Part shown: positions 36,554-46,083 of the stretch, piece by piece
Position numbering within the stretch: position 1 is the first letter of the stretch
How the letters are laid out: each line of letters starts with the position of its first letter
Virus record (IMG/VR): IMGVR_UViG_3300028608_000006
Location: 62,001-126,000 of that record
Length of the DNA: 64,000 bases
Reading direction: 5' to 3' (one strand)
Translations under genes and position numbers: made by a program
The notes under the pieces: generated by a model
What the model was told of the DNA's origin: nothing
What the model saw: the letters and a program-made list of their open reading frames with translations, nothing else
Databases searched by the model: none

Positions 36554-37159
36554 TTACTGATACTGAAAGGTGGTGTCGAGTGTGATACGAACCAATTGAC
36601 GGTTGGTGTCTTGACTAACCACATGACCCTCGTGGACAAAGGTGGAGTTGCCCAGGTAGACCACGTTCTCCTTTAACCAGAAGCTTTCCATTTGGGAGAA
36701 CTGAGGTCGCAGGTGTTCACAGTCACCGCCATGACTAGCAACACCTTCGATAGTCCCGACGAAGGCTTCACAAGCAATAAAGCTACTTGCCATGATGACA
36801 CCACCGAGTTCCGACTGGTATTGCAGACGGTGTTGGTCTTCAGTCAACATACGACCAGGAGTACCGTTTAACCAACCACCACTGCTACCCCAGCTGAACA
36901 GGTAGTTACCGTCGATGTGCACACCACCCCGACGAAGTTTATTAGACTTCTTCAGGAACTGCTCATCGATGGTAACGTAGAACCCGGTGTGCTCCGGAAT
37001 GCCCGCATCGGCGAGCATGCTGTTGATGATGTCCTGATACTCATCAGGAACCCCTTGTAGCGGATGACCAGCAAGATTACGCGCCATGTAAACATGTGCA
37101 CCGGTGAACTCAGGAAACGTAATCTGGCCTACAGCACGAACTTTGGAATGCAGTTGCAT
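36554..37159 (-). CDS. 2OG-Fe(II) dioxygenase-like protein
   Basis: RRGGVHIDG (HxD), FVHEG (distal His), RQLVRIT (2OG-binding Arg). Confidence 0.7.
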   Translation of the reverse strand: MQLHSKVRAVGQITFPEFTGAHVYMARNLAGHPLQGVPDEYQDIINSMLADAGIPEHTGFYVTIDEQFLKKSNKLRRGGVHIDGNYLFSWGSSGGWLNGTPGRMLTEDQHRLQYQSELGGVIMASSFIACEAFVGTIEGVASHGGDCEHLRPQFSQMESFWLKENVVYLGNSTFVHEGHVVSQDTNRQLVRITLDTTFQYQ

Positions 37160-37169
37160 GGATAATCCC

Positions 37170-37535
37170 TTAATGCAAAGAACGCGAATGGCTACCGGCT
37201 TTCTTTAAGGCCGCTGTTACCAAGCTGTTCTGGCGAGTGTTGTCTTCGGTCATGAGTTTGAGCAGAGATGGGCTGGCTTTAACCAACGGACTCATCTCCA
37301 TCTCAAACCGACCGCCCTTGCGAATGTGCAGTACCCCGAGTTGATGACCAAACTCGACGCTGGCGAATTCAATGAAGTCGCCCTCGTTGCACTGCGTGAT
37401 AGCCAACTGCAACATCCGCGGCATGGCGGTGTCGAAGTAACTGTAGTGACGAGCCATGATGACGTCTTTCGACTTACCGCGATACATTACGGCTACAACA
37501 CGACGACGGCTTGGACTTTCGAAATCGTGGCTCAT
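37170..37535 (-). CDS. Hypothetical protein
   Basis: 121 aa. Confidence 0.75.
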   Translation of the reverse strand: MSHDFESPSRRRVVAVMYRGKSKDVIMARHYSYFDTAMPRMLQLAITQCNEGDFIEFASVEFGHQLGVLHIRKGGRFEMEMSPLVKASPSLLKLMTEDNTRQNSLVTAALKKAGSHSRSLH

Positions 37536-37777
37536 TGCGCGATCTCCAGAGCTTTAATCTGGGTTGGGTACATTAACTCCAGATCGTCTGGAGTACGAGG
37601 TGTAGTCGAGATCACACCGATACCCGCCGCCTTTTCACGACCCTTGTTGAAGTCGTCCATCGACATGGTCTTAACTGGTACCGGGGTGCTACGACGGATC
37701 ATTTCCTGGAACGCCAAACGTTCTTGCTCCAGTGCTGCGTTCAAGCGACGAATTGCTTTTGCTTTCTTACCGTTCAT
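37532..37777 (-). CDS. Small hypothetical protein
   Basis: 81 aa, GGAG RBS. Confidence 0.7.
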   Translation of the reverse strand: MNGKKAKAIRRLNAALEQERLAFQEMIRRSTPVPVKTMSMDDFNKGREKAAGIGVISTTPRTPDDLELMYPTQIKALEIAQ

Positions 37778-37854
37778 GCGGTGACTCCTAAGGCGTAGTT
37801 ATCGGCACCAAGGGTTAGTTGGTTACAAGAATGGGATCTTGGTGCCGTACAGGG

Positions 37855-38100
37855 TTATTGTTTAGCAGCTTCCTTTACAGCGCGGACGCTGGCAGGGCGG
37901 GTAACACGGTAAGGGTTCAGTTGGTGTACTGTTCCCTCGTGATCTTTGTAACTGAATTCAAAGACCAAGCAATCATCGGATTGGGGATGAGACTCCGAGA
38001 TAAACTCACCCATAGCGGTAACCATGAGTTGTTGTGTGTACACATCCATGGATGGCGAACCAGCAGTCAGCTGGATTTTTACATGCTTATTTCGCGCCAT
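37855..38100 (-). CDS. Small hypothetical protein
   Basis: 81 aa. Confidence 0.7.
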   Translation of the reverse strand: MARNKHVKIQLTAGSPSMDVYTQQLMVTAMGEFISESHPQSDDCLVFEFSYKDHEGTVHQLNPYRVTRPASVRAVKEAAKQ

Positions 38101-38102
38101 TA

Positions 38103-38849
38103 TTACTTCCTCGGAAGACTGAGAGTGCCTTTGCGTTCTTTCTCACGCGCCTCTACTTCGTCGAGCATGACCAAACGACGGCGAGCCGACTCAATGTTAC
38201 CTTTAACCAACTGCATTTCAAGCTCATCAGTGAGCGATGCGTATAGACGCTCTTGTTCACTGATGATCCTCTCGACGTGCACACGGGTTTCTTCCGTGGT
38301 CATCTTCGGCCGTGCGTTGCCGTAGCCTTGTTGCTCAAGAGCGCGGCGTTCGTCATTGGACGTAAATGCCAGAGGATCTTTACCCGTGTCCAGAATCGGA
38401 CCACCAAATGGAGCGGCTTCAACAGGAGGCATACCGGGACGCTGACCCGGCTCCGACCACTTGGTGTTCTTCCAGTCCTCGCGGATATTGGTAGAAGCCA
38501 TCGAGCGGTTGGCCGACCGAGACTCGTGTGGTAGTTCCAACAACGGGCCACCACGAACATCACCGATAGGAGTAACCGTCAGGCGATCGATCTTGCCCTG
38601 ACTGGTCATTACCATTGCTTCCACTTGCACTGTCTTTGGATGCTTGGCTTTCATCTCCTCGAAGGAAGCGTCCACAGCCTCCTGGAACTCCGGAGTGCTT
38701 TGATCCGCAGCAGCACCCGTCAACTTATCGGCCATCTCGTCCAGCGCATCGTGGGCGGTGTTGTGGTCACACTCGTGGATACGACGGTACAGCAAGATCC
38801 AACGATCCATGGACTGGTACAGGGAGTGTGCTTTCTTGTTGATGTTCAT
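38103..38849 (-). CDS. Hypothetical protein with one W-x14-A motif
   Basis: MDRWILLYRRIHECDHNTAH. Confidence 0.8.
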   Translation of the reverse strand: MNINKKAHSLYQSMDRWILLYRRIHECDHNTAHDALDEMADKLTGAAADQSTPEFQEAVDASFEEMKAKHPKTVQVEAMVMTSQGKIDRLTVTPIGDVRGGPLLELPHESRSANRSMASTNIREDWKNTKWSEPGQRPGMPPVEAAPFGGPILDTGKDPLAFTSNDERRALEQQGYGNARPKMTTEETRVHVERIISEQERLYASLTDELEMQLVKGNIESARRRLVMLDEVEAREKERKGTLSLPRK

Positions 38850-38981
38850 ACCAGGTTTTCCAATTTGACCAGACCAAAATAAACGTACGCGCAGACAATT
38901 GCCAGCGACACCAGTGTTGCGCCACCGAGGATAATAATCGCTCGGCGGAGATCAGCTTTATTAGTTTGCATGACAGATCCT

Positions 38982-39431
38982 TTAGAAACGGTAGACGACT
39001 TTAGTCATCTGCCCTTTGACCGGTACTTGCTCGGGTTGATTGATGTAAGTGCACTGAGTGTACACCGACTTATCTTCAAACCCAGCATCCGAATCCTTAA
39101 CGAGATGGCTTACACCGATGTTCACCATCCCGTTCTCTTGTTGGTAGATGTACAACACCCGATTGTGACTTGCCTGGAAGTAAGTCTTTGCGATACCTTC
39201 TTCCAAGCCGACAGCCTTTGGATTGATCTCCATGTAGGACGAACTGCCGTGCACAATACTCGAACCGCTCATCAAGAAAGCATTGGTGATCGGTTTCATT
39301 TCGATGCGGTCAAAATCTTCCGCACTGTCAACATGCCCATACTCACCACACAAAATACCATTTGGCATGTCATCAGCCACAGCAGACAACGACAACAACG
39401 AAACAACAACACCTACGAACAACTGTTTCAT
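38982..39431 (-). CDS. Secreted/periplasmic protein
   Basis: Signal peptide MKQLFVGVVVSLLSLSAVA-DD. Confidence 0.75.
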   Translation of the reverse strand: MKQLFVGVVVSLLSLSAVADDMPNGILCGEYGHVDSAEDFDRIEMKPITNAFLMSGSSIVHGSSSYMEINPKAVGLEEGIAKTYFQASHNRVLYIYQQENGMVNIGVSHLVKDSDAGFEDKSVYTQCTYINQPEQVPVKGQMTKVVYRF

Positions 39432-39955
39432 GCGGCTACTCCTTTAACCAGATCATTCATCGAAATGCCGTCGATATCACGCAGGTGGTCGGCAAATGTT
39501 TTACGCAGCTCACCCAACTTCTGTTTGAAGGAGTTGTGTTCACCAGCGCGGTTGAAGTCCCAACGGATTTCGAAGTCATGCAGACCTTCGCCGAAGATTT
39601 GAAGAATCAACGTATCTTTCCGGATGGAAGCGTGGAAGAACATTGGTTTCTCTTGAAGCAAGACATGACTGAACAGCGAAGGCTTCTTCGAGTCTGCCCA
39701 ACGCTCGATCTCTTCCAACACACCGATTTGCTCATACAGCTCATCACGGTACAGATCCAATTGCTTGGAGAAGTGCGCGATGTCCTGGGTGTGCGGAATG
39801 TCAATGCGGTTAGTCCACTTGCCATGCTTGCCGAAATCGAATTCGGTACTGAAGCGCAGATCCCCCAAACGGTTACGATGAGCTTCAGACAGGATCACAA
39901 CGTTACGGTTAAGGAACGCTTGACCCAGATTACGTTTGCTAAAGATTACAGCCAT
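39428..39955 (-). CDS. Hypothetical protein, first gene after an early promoter
   Basis: 175 aa, GGAG RBS. Confidence 0.8.
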   Translation of the reverse strand: MAVIFSKRNLGQAFLNRNVVILSEAHRNRLGDLRFSTEFDFGKHGKWTNRIDIPHTQDIAHFSKQLDLYRDELYEQIGVLEEIERWADSKKPSLFSHVLLQEKPMFFHASIRKDTLILQIFGEGLHDFEIRWDFNRAGEHNSFKQKLGELRKTFADHLRDIDGISMNDLVKGVAA

Positions 39956-40028
39956 TGCGGTATTGCTCCTAATAGTTCGAGTGCAGTTCTTTGCACCCGG
40001 TAAAAAGTTTGTGTTACATTACAGGTGG

Positions 40029-40060
40029 GTAATATAGGCTTGAAACCAACTGTAAGTTAA
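40029..40060 (-). promoter_or_regulatory. phiKZ-type early promoter
   Basis: Minus strand TTAACTTACA-n5-TTTCAAGCCTATATTAC. Confidence 0.8.
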
Positions 40061-40500
40061 ACGGGTTCGGTCATGCCAATCGAGATCGGAATAAACCCCA
40101 GCGATTGGTAGAACTTGAAGGACCCCTCATTGCCGTAGATGCTGTTTACCTTTAATGGTCCTTTGACCATGCTCTTCAGCTCGGTAAACAATCGACGACC
40201 AATCCCTCTTCTGCGGAACTCTGCGGACACAAAGAACTCCGAGATCGACTCCGGGTCATCCACAGAGGTAGCAATGAACCCTACAGACAAATCATTGACC
40301 TTCGCCAACACCAACATGTCAATCGACAAGAAGGCCTTGGTAGTCAGGTCTTCCATTACATCGGGTGCGATCACCATGCGTTCTTTAATGAACTGATAAT
40401 CGTAGTTCATCAGCTCGTGGTACATTCCAAACAAATCCATCAAGTAGATATTGGTTGGATCCACATTAGCTAACTTAACGTAACGTACTTCTTGAGACAT
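40057..40500 (-). CDS. GNAT-family acetyltransferase
   Basis: FFVSAEFRRRGIGRRL (motif A) and SFKFYQSLGF (motif B); AAGGA RBS before ATG 40500. Confidence 0.85.
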   Translation of the reverse strand: MSQEVRYVKLANVDPTNIYLMDLFGMYHELMNYDYQFIKERMVIAPDVMEDLTTKAFLSIDMLVLAKVNDLSVGFIATSVDDPESISEFFVSAEFRRRGIGRRLFTELKSMVKGPLKVNSIYGNEGSFKFYQSLGFIPISIGMTEPV

Positions 40501-40571
40501 CGAAAAATCCTTAATCGAAGTTAACCGAACGGTGGTAACAAATGCACAGCGAGGTAAAAATAAAGCCGTAC

Positions 40572-40603
40572 CCAACCACAGAACCCGAAGGCCCTGTGGT
40601 TGG
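40572..40603 (-). terminator. 10-bp hairpin
   Basis: CCAACCACAG...CTGTGGTTGG. Confidence 0.6.
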
Positions 40604-40617
40604 TTTGGCGTGGGTTG

Positions 40618-41079
40618 TTACTTGTCAGCTACACAGTCGGCTACAGTGACGAGACCCTTCACAGGACCTACACCATCTTTAGCGTGTGGTGAATCCGGAT
40701 TGTCGAACACGTAGACGATGAAGTAGGGTTTACCGCTACCGTCTTCCTGCTTGAGCAACAGCGTGGTTGGATCGCCAGCCATGACGTCGACCTGGCTGAG
40801 TTGGTTGTTGGTCAGGATGTGACGCTCAGGGAACGCCCGTCCTTTATTAAGGATGAAACCGTCCTTGGTCTGGATGACCGTGGTCTTGGCTTCAACTACC
40901 GGGTTGTCAGTGACGGCCTTCTTGTTCACCATGGTGTTGCTGGTGAACTTGCCACAGCTGAACGTGATGTCGTTCGAACTACGGATGACCGGGTTGGGTT
41001 TGTTTTCAACAATCGGTTTGTTAGAAGCGTGAGCGACGAAAGTCAGTGCCAACAGTGCAAGGATACTAAGTGCTTTCAT
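40618..41079 (-). CDS. Secreted/periplasmic protein
   Basis: Signal peptide MKALSILALLALTFVAHA-S; two Cys. Confidence 0.78.
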   Translation of the reverse strand: MKALSILALLALTFVAHASNKPIVENKPNPVIRSSNDITFSCGKFTSNTMVNKKAVTDNPVVEAKTTVIQTKDGFILNKGRAFPERHILTNNQLSQVDVMAGDPTTLLLKQEDGSGKPYFIVYVFDNPDSPHAKDGVGPVKGLVTVADCVADK

Positions 41080-41108
41080 GTCGTGTTACTCCGTTAACTG
41101 GTTGTGGA

Positions 41109-41528
41109 TTACTTGTTGTTTTTCTTGAGTTGCTTTTTCATCTGCTTCCGCCAGCCTTTAACCATGGCCTTGGAAACCATGTTGAAACTGTCCGACGCCA
41201 AGTCAGCGAAATGACGCTCAACTTTGCGGAATGGACCCTGCAACGCCAGTCGCATAAGGAACTGCGGACTGATCATAACCACGCTAGCCACACCACGCAC
41301 TTCAGACTCACCCATGTTGCGGATAGGCTTTAGGCGGGCCTCGTTCATCTCCTGACGAGCAGCGGACACCGGGAGATTAGGGATTACGGACGGAGTAAGC
41401 GAGATCGCCACATCCGAACGAGGTGGATCCATTGGATATTTCTTCCAGACGTCTTGCTGCTCCTTAGGAACGGGTTTCGCCAGCTCCTCGGCAATGCGTT
41501 TATCAGCGTAACTGGTGTCACGTTTCAT
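41109..41528 (-). CDS. Hypothetical protein, first gene after an early promoter
   Basis: AAGGA RBS before ATG 41528. Confidence 0.75.
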   Translation of the reverse strand: MKRDTSYADKRIAEELAKPVPKEQQDVWKKYPMDPPRSDVAISLTPSVIPNLPVSAARQEMNEARLKPIRNMGESEVRGVASVVMISPQFLMRLALQGPFRKVERHFADLASDSFNMVSKAMVKGWRKQMKKQLKKNNK

Positions 41529-41574
41529 AATCAAGTCCTTGTGTAACAGTTTAATTGCTTTGCTTACTGTCTTG

Positions 41575-41606
41575 GTAATGTAGACTTGAAGCAGACTGTA
41601 AGTTAA
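41575..41606 (-). promoter_or_regulatory. phiKZ-type early promoter
   Basis: Minus strand TTAACTTACA-n5-CTTCAAGTCTACATTAC. Confidence 0.75.
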
Positions 41607-41735
41607 TTACTTAGCTTTCGCTATTCCGCCCACACCGTTGTAGGCAGCCAACATCAAACCGCCGGCAGAACAACCACCGATAACCAAGATCACCGCAATG
41701 ATCAAACCACGAAACAGATTGGAACGCTTAGCCAT
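41607..41735 (-). CDS. 42-aa membrane peptide, possible lipoprotein
   Basis: Read manually: MAKRSNLFRGLIIAVILVIGGCSAGG...; lipobox-like IGG-C. Confidence 0.55.
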   Translation of the reverse strand: MAKRSNLFRGLIIAVILVIGGCSAGGLMLAAYNGVGGIAKAK

Positions 41736-42177
41736 TACTTTTGCTCTTGAACCATTGGTCTAAAGTTTTAGGACGACGCTCCGGCATGTAACCGATAGCA
41801 CCCATGTGGAAACCAAACCGCCCAATCGGTTTAATACGCGACTGGTTGCAGATCTCACGAAAGCGGTCAATACAGATAGGACGTGGGCTTAACTCCCCGG
41901 CCATCAACTTCTTGAGCGCGGCCTTTAGAACATCCTCGGCCAGACGCACGCGATTAGTTCCGTCTACTGTCGGGTAACCCATCCCAACGAATCCAGGTCC
42001 CCGTTGGTAAATAGATAACATCACCTGCTTCTCAGAGTAGTCCGAGTAGATGGTCAGTCCGCCGTCAGGAGTTGTGTGGATCTTGACTTCATGCCCGTCT
42101 AACAGTACAACCTTTTCAACGCCGTCAAACAATTCGTTGATAATCAACAAGCGAAATAGCTTGCGTAGCCTTTCCAT
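41728..42177 (-). CDS. Hypothetical protein
   Basis: 149 aa, AGGAG RBS. Confidence 0.75.
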   Translation of the reverse strand: MERLRKLFRLLIINELFDGVEKVVLLDGHEVKIHTTPDGGLTIYSDYSEKQVMLSIYQRGPGFVGMGYPTVDGTNRVRLAEDVLKAALKKLMAGELSPRPICIDRFREICNQSRIKPIGRFGFHMGAIGYMPERRPKTLDQWFKSKSNG

Positions 42178-42195
42178 AAAACGCTCCTACTAAAA

Positions 42196-42219
42196 CGCCT
42201 CCCCGGCTAGGAGGAGGCG
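42196..42219 (-). terminator. 7-bp hairpin
   Basis: CGCCTCC...GGAGGCG. Confidence 0.6.
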
Positions 42220-42225
42220 CTATCG

Positions 42226-42822
42226 TTACTGTTGCTTGCCGAACTTGATCACTTCCTGCTTGCCGGTGTCGAACGCGAGTTGCGTCTTGGCGTCAGAGAC
42301 CACTTGGCAGGATTTCACGATGTCAGCTTTGGGGAACCCGGCGAACGATAGGAGCATGCCGCGCCACAAATAACCGCGCATGTTTTCGTACGTGCCACAG
42401 GCTTCCAGTTTTCGCGATTGGGCAATTTGGAATTCTTTCCGGCCGCCTTCGATCACGTCTTGTATTTTCAGATACAGTTTGCTGTCAAGAGTGGGATTCT
42501 GTTCTTTGATCCACTGCATGGCCGCCTGACTGCCATTGGGTCCGTAACGCCCCTCGAAGGTCGCCTTGAGCGTATCCTTCAAATCACCCGCATACATCTG
42601 GGTGACGCCGGCGGTTTCCTGGATGGTCAAGGTGACCGTGCTTAGGACGTTTTCGGAGTCCTTGTTGAGCTTGTTGATGGTGGTCTCAGCCTGAATGGCC
42701 GAGTCATGCGCGCTGGTGTAAGTTCCCACTACCACAGCGCCGATCAAAACAATGCCTACCAGCAACACACCCAAAATACAAGCCACCAGCATACCGGTGG
42801 ACATTTTCTTCGTAGCAGTCAT
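42226..42822 (-). CDS. LemA-like membrane-anchored helical protein
   Basis: N-terminal TM, then a helical bundle (EGRYG...WIKEQNP...IEGGRKEF...YE...GF), in LemA-like order. Confidence 0.6.
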   Translation of the reverse strand: MTATKKMSTGMLVACILGVLLVGIVLIGAVVVGTYTSAHDSAIQAETTINKLNKDSENVLSTVTLTIQETAGVTQMYAGDLKDTLKATFEGRYGPNGSQAAMQWIKEQNPTLDSKLYLKIQDVIEGGRKEFQIAQSRKLEACGTYENMRGYLWRGMLLSFAGFPKADIVKSCQVVSDAKTQLAFDTGKQEVIKFGKQQ

Positions 42823-43928
42823 GCTCTTGCTTTCCTTACGTAGAAAACTTCTTCCTTAATGAAGAAGTAAGAGAGGCCAGCCGTCGCCGTGAGGTTCAGG
42901 AGGACCAGTAGTACAACCCACCAGGTTGGTGGATCGATCGCTTGCATCATGTAAGCGAATTCTTCGTTCGGCACACGGTTGAAATCTTTCATGATCAAAG
43001 CATATTGCTCTTTAACCACGTCGATACCAAACTCACGCTCGTACGTTGCCGATTGCAGTTGCTTCAGGAGGATCTGGTTGTTCTGACCGTCGGCGAAGGA
43101 CATTGCTTTCGCCCACTTGATCTGCTCGTTCTCATCAACACCGTACAACAAGATGATGTCGTTCTTCCGAGCCCCACGCCAGTACTCCATGAGTGCATAG
43201 AAATAGTCAGGGTCGTTTTTCGTTACGACCAAGATTATGTTCATCTGCTTCAACGCCGAATCTTTACGCAGCTTATTGTTAAGCCAGATATTGATCCCGT
43301 CGTAATCCTGCTTCGTGTCGTCGAGCACACGATAGTAGTTGTAGTAGTCGTACGGCATCGGGTAAGCCGGTAACGTCCCCGCATACTTAGCGGAGATAGT
43401 AGCATCCGTCTTGAACCGATCATCATCGACCAAGAGGTAGTTACGCACCGATTCCGTTTCCGATACAGGATCCCCTACTTCCACATCGCTCCAGCGCGGC
43501 GGCTCGCTCAATCCACGACGATCTATTCGGTCGATCGTGTGCAGCGTACCCAACGAGGTCCGCACGTCCCAGTCGACGTCATAGGAGTGCTCGTGACACC
43601 ATTTAGGGGAGCAAGACCGTGAGGTATGTGCTTTACCCTTGGAGTCGTAGGTAGTAGAAGAGGTACAGGTCTCGCCACACTGATACGAGTGGCTACACGA
43701 AACCTCGTCCCGCTCCTTCTTGACCACAAAGCCGTTGAGAATATCGAAGTCGTGAGTCTTCATCATCCCCGACAGCGCTAGCAACCCCATGCACAGAGCT
43801 GTCGAAAGAACCAATGCCCCTATTTGAGACACCCACTCTTTCCAGCAGATCTTGTGGTTCCAGAAGAACTTGCAAAACGTGATGAGGATGATGGAAGGCA
43901 CGGCCATTAAAGCGAGGTAGAATCCCAT
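42819..43928 (-). CDS. Membrane protein with a Cys-rich loop and a TPM-like domain; partner of the LemA-like gene
   Basis: Two N-terminal TMs, CSHSYQC...C...C...WCHEH segment, alpha/beta domain, C-terminal TM; coupled to the LemA-like ORF. Confidence 0.6.
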   Translation of the reverse strand: MGFYLALMAVPSIILITFCKFFWNHKICWKEWVSQIGALVLSTALCMGLLALSGMMKTHDFDILNGFVVKKERDEVSCSHSYQCGETCTSSTTYDSKGKAHTSRSCSPKWCHEHSYDVDWDVRTSLGTLHTIDRIDRRGLSEPPRWSDVEVGDPVSETESVRNYLLVDDDRFKTDATISAKYAGTLPAYPMPYDYYNYYRVLDDTKQDYDGINIWLNNKLRKDSALKQMNIILVVTKNDPDYFYALMEYWRGARKNDIILLYGVDENEQIKWAKAMSFADGQNNQILLKQLQSATYEREFGIDVVKEQYALIMKDFNRVPNEEFAYMMQAIDPPTWWVVLLVLLNLTATAGLSYFFIKEEVFYVRKARA

Positions 43929-43982
43929 TCCGTTATTCCTGGTCCTGTGAAAGACCCCAGCCGAAACTAGGGTCTGGTTGGG

Positions 43983-44606
43983 TTACGCGTTGAAGGTGGC
44001 TTCTTCGGCTCGGAGCAGTTGCTCGACACCCATAGCGTGTGCTTCCACCAGAGGAACGTCATGACGGAAGTGGCAGTCGATGACCCACTCCAGCGACGGC
44101 GTACCTTCCACGATAGAACCGATGTCCGGGACTTCTTGGTCCAGATCGTAGTCTTCCGCCTTCAGGTTGTTGATGGCGTGAACCACGAAGGTGAACAGCG
44201 GCGTCAGGTAGATCTCGCTGATGCCTTCACGGTCAGCAAACGACATACCCCACTGACGAACACCCACCGCGCTACCCGACGTAGCGAAGAGCGATGGATC
44301 ACCCTTGACGATACGTTCACGGTAATCGCCGTCACGGATTTCACGGAACAACTTGGTGGCCTTGAGGTATGCCTGGATATCGGCTTTCAAGTCCATCAGT
44401 TGGGTCCGTGCTTCTTCCGTCACGTCAGGTTTCTCAGTCGCCAGTGCAAACACACGCAGCATGACTTCCAGACCTTCGTTAGCCGCGGCGATGGCTTCGG
44501 CGGGAGTGCAGCCGACTTTGACTTCGTACTCGGCCAGCCAGCGCAGCGAAACTGCTTTGGTATGAGTGTCGAAGATTGGAGCGGTACGTTCTTGTTTATT
44601 AACCAT
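43983..44606 (-). CDS. Hypothetical protein with two W-x14-A motifs
   Basis: SLRWLAEYEVKVGCTPAEAI and SLEWVIDCHFRHDVPLVEAH. Confidence 0.8.
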   Translation of the reverse strand: MVNKQERTAPIFDTHTKAVSLRWLAEYEVKVGCTPAEAIAAANEGLEVMLRVFALATEKPDVTEEARTQLMDLKADIQAYLKATKLFREIRDGDYRERIVKGDPSLFATSGSAVGVRQWGMSFADREGISEIYLTPLFTFVVHAINNLKAEDYDLDQEVPDIGSIVEGTPSLEWVIDCHFRHDVPLVEAHAMGVEQLLRAEEATFNA

Positions 44607-45120
44607 TGATAAACTTCCCAAAGACACGTTGTTTACGAATTCGGCGGAACAAGCCCGAAAAACCGAAGAAAGGGAACAAAGCAATCTTCCCCTTGAAATG
44701 TGCTACGTTGTTCTCGATCATCCAAGCCTCGATGAGGTTGTGCTGAATATCCAGCTCGTCATCGGGGTTCCAACGATCGGATTGACGCAACCAACGCGGG
44801 TTAGCTTTAATCCGCACTGGACTTACTACATCACCCACCACAATCATGCCGTGGTCACCCTGTTCAATGAACTCTGCGATAATCTGCGGGTAAACCTCGG
44901 CCTGACGGAAACACTCTTTGACATAACCCACAGGATCACGCGAACGAAGAATGGAAGAAACCAGCCCTTCCACTGTTTCGCTGCGATGATTCTTCGCTTC
45001 CCGAGCTGCCATTTTCTGCAACTTCTTGGGATTGGTGGTCATGTTCTCTTTCAAGAACTTGAGGAACGCAGCTTCCTGCTGAATAGGAGTCAGCTGCGCC
45101 TTTGCATCTACTTCATCCAT
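44599..45120 (-). CDS. Paralog of 6364-6948
   Basis: TTNPKKL, GDHGMI, IKANPRWLR, WNPDDE, FGFSG. Confidence 0.85.
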   Translation of the reverse strand: MDEVDAKAQLTPIQQEAAFLKFLKENMTTNPKKLQKMAAREAKNHRSETVEGLVSSILRSRDPVGYVKECFRQAEVYPQIIAEFIEQGDHGMIVVGDVVSPVRIKANPRWLRQSDRWNPDDELDIQHNLIEAWMIENNVAHFKGKIALFPFFGFSGLFRRIRKQRVFGKFING

Positions 45121-45126
45121 ACTGCT

Positions 45127-45444
45127 TTACACCCGAGTTCTTTCGACGTGGTAAATGTAGATCTCGACGTCTTCCCGACCATCGATGTTTTGGTTGGGTG
45201 CGCAGACCGGTTCTTTATTCAGCCAATCAGCTTCGGCGAACTCTTCCTGGACCAAACGTCTAGCAGCATGAGCCACAGCAGAAGTCGGACCAGTAACCCA
45301 CGGTTTGATACCCTCGTACTTCTCGAGGTACCAGTCAATCCATTCCCGGGTAATAAAACGCCGAGGAGCGCCAAGACCACAATCAGCGCCAGGCAGGATA
45401 CGACTGAAGTTCGGTTCAGGAACATCTTCTTCTTTCGTATCCAT
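45127..45444 (-). CDS. Hypothetical protein, related to 45448-46053
   Basis: RRFITREWIDW...AHAARRL. Confidence 0.7.
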   Translation of the reverse strand: MDTKEEDVPEPNFSRILPGADCGLGAPRRFITREWIDWYLEKYEGIKPWVTGPTSAVAHAARRLVQEEFAEADWLNKEPVCAPNQNIDGREDVEIYIYHVERTRV

Positions 45445-45447
45445 TTC

Positions 45448-46053
45448 TTATACCCGGTGGGAGATTTGACGTTCAATGATGATTTCGTAAGGGAAGTACA
45501 TCACGCCCTTGCGCTCTTGTGGAGCAGGACCGATGTTCACCCACATCGAAATCCCCTTCTTGCTTTCAGGGGTTGGGAACAACCGCCTGACTGTAGCGTG
45601 ACCCGCTTGATCGATAACACGGTCCTTGTTGCTGTCGGGGTTTACTTTCATGAACCATTCGACCCAGTCCATGTTTACGAACCGACGATCATCAACAGCG
45701 CTGAACGGAGCGGGCTCGATGCCGAACTCAGGATGGCTACTCGGAAGTAGATGCATCATGTTCTCTTCATGGTCCTTGAAGACTTGAAGGCAAGCCTTGA
45801 CACGACTGGCAGGAAACTCATGCATCCCCAACCCAGATTCAAATGCCCGTAGACGCTCATGCAGCCAACGAAGACGCTCGGGGGTTGCACGCAAGATCTC
45901 AACGAGCCGGTCTGGGAGATCAGGATGCTTATCGACCTCGTGATCGATGAACGATTGGATGCTGTTACCGAGACCGCAATCGTGGATATCACCCAGTGGC
46001 AGGTCTTTACGCATTTGTTCTTTTTCAGCTTCGAAGTCAGTGCGAACGCTCAT
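45448..46053 (-). CDS. Hypothetical protein, related to 45127-45444
   Basis: RRFVNMDWVEW...GHATVRRL. Confidence 0.75.
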   Translation of the reverse strand: MSVRTDFEAEKEQMRKDLPLGDIHDCGLGNSIQSFIDHEVDKHPDLPDRLVEILRATPERLRWLHERLRAFESGLGMHEFPASRVKACLQVFKDHEENMMHLLPSSHPEFGIEPAPFSAVDDRRFVNMDWVEWFMKVNPDSNKDRVIDQAGHATVRRLFPTPESKKGISMWVNIGPAPQERKGVMYFPYEIIIERQISHRV

Positions 46054-46083
46054 GGTTGTAATCCTTACAAGGTTATAATTGAG

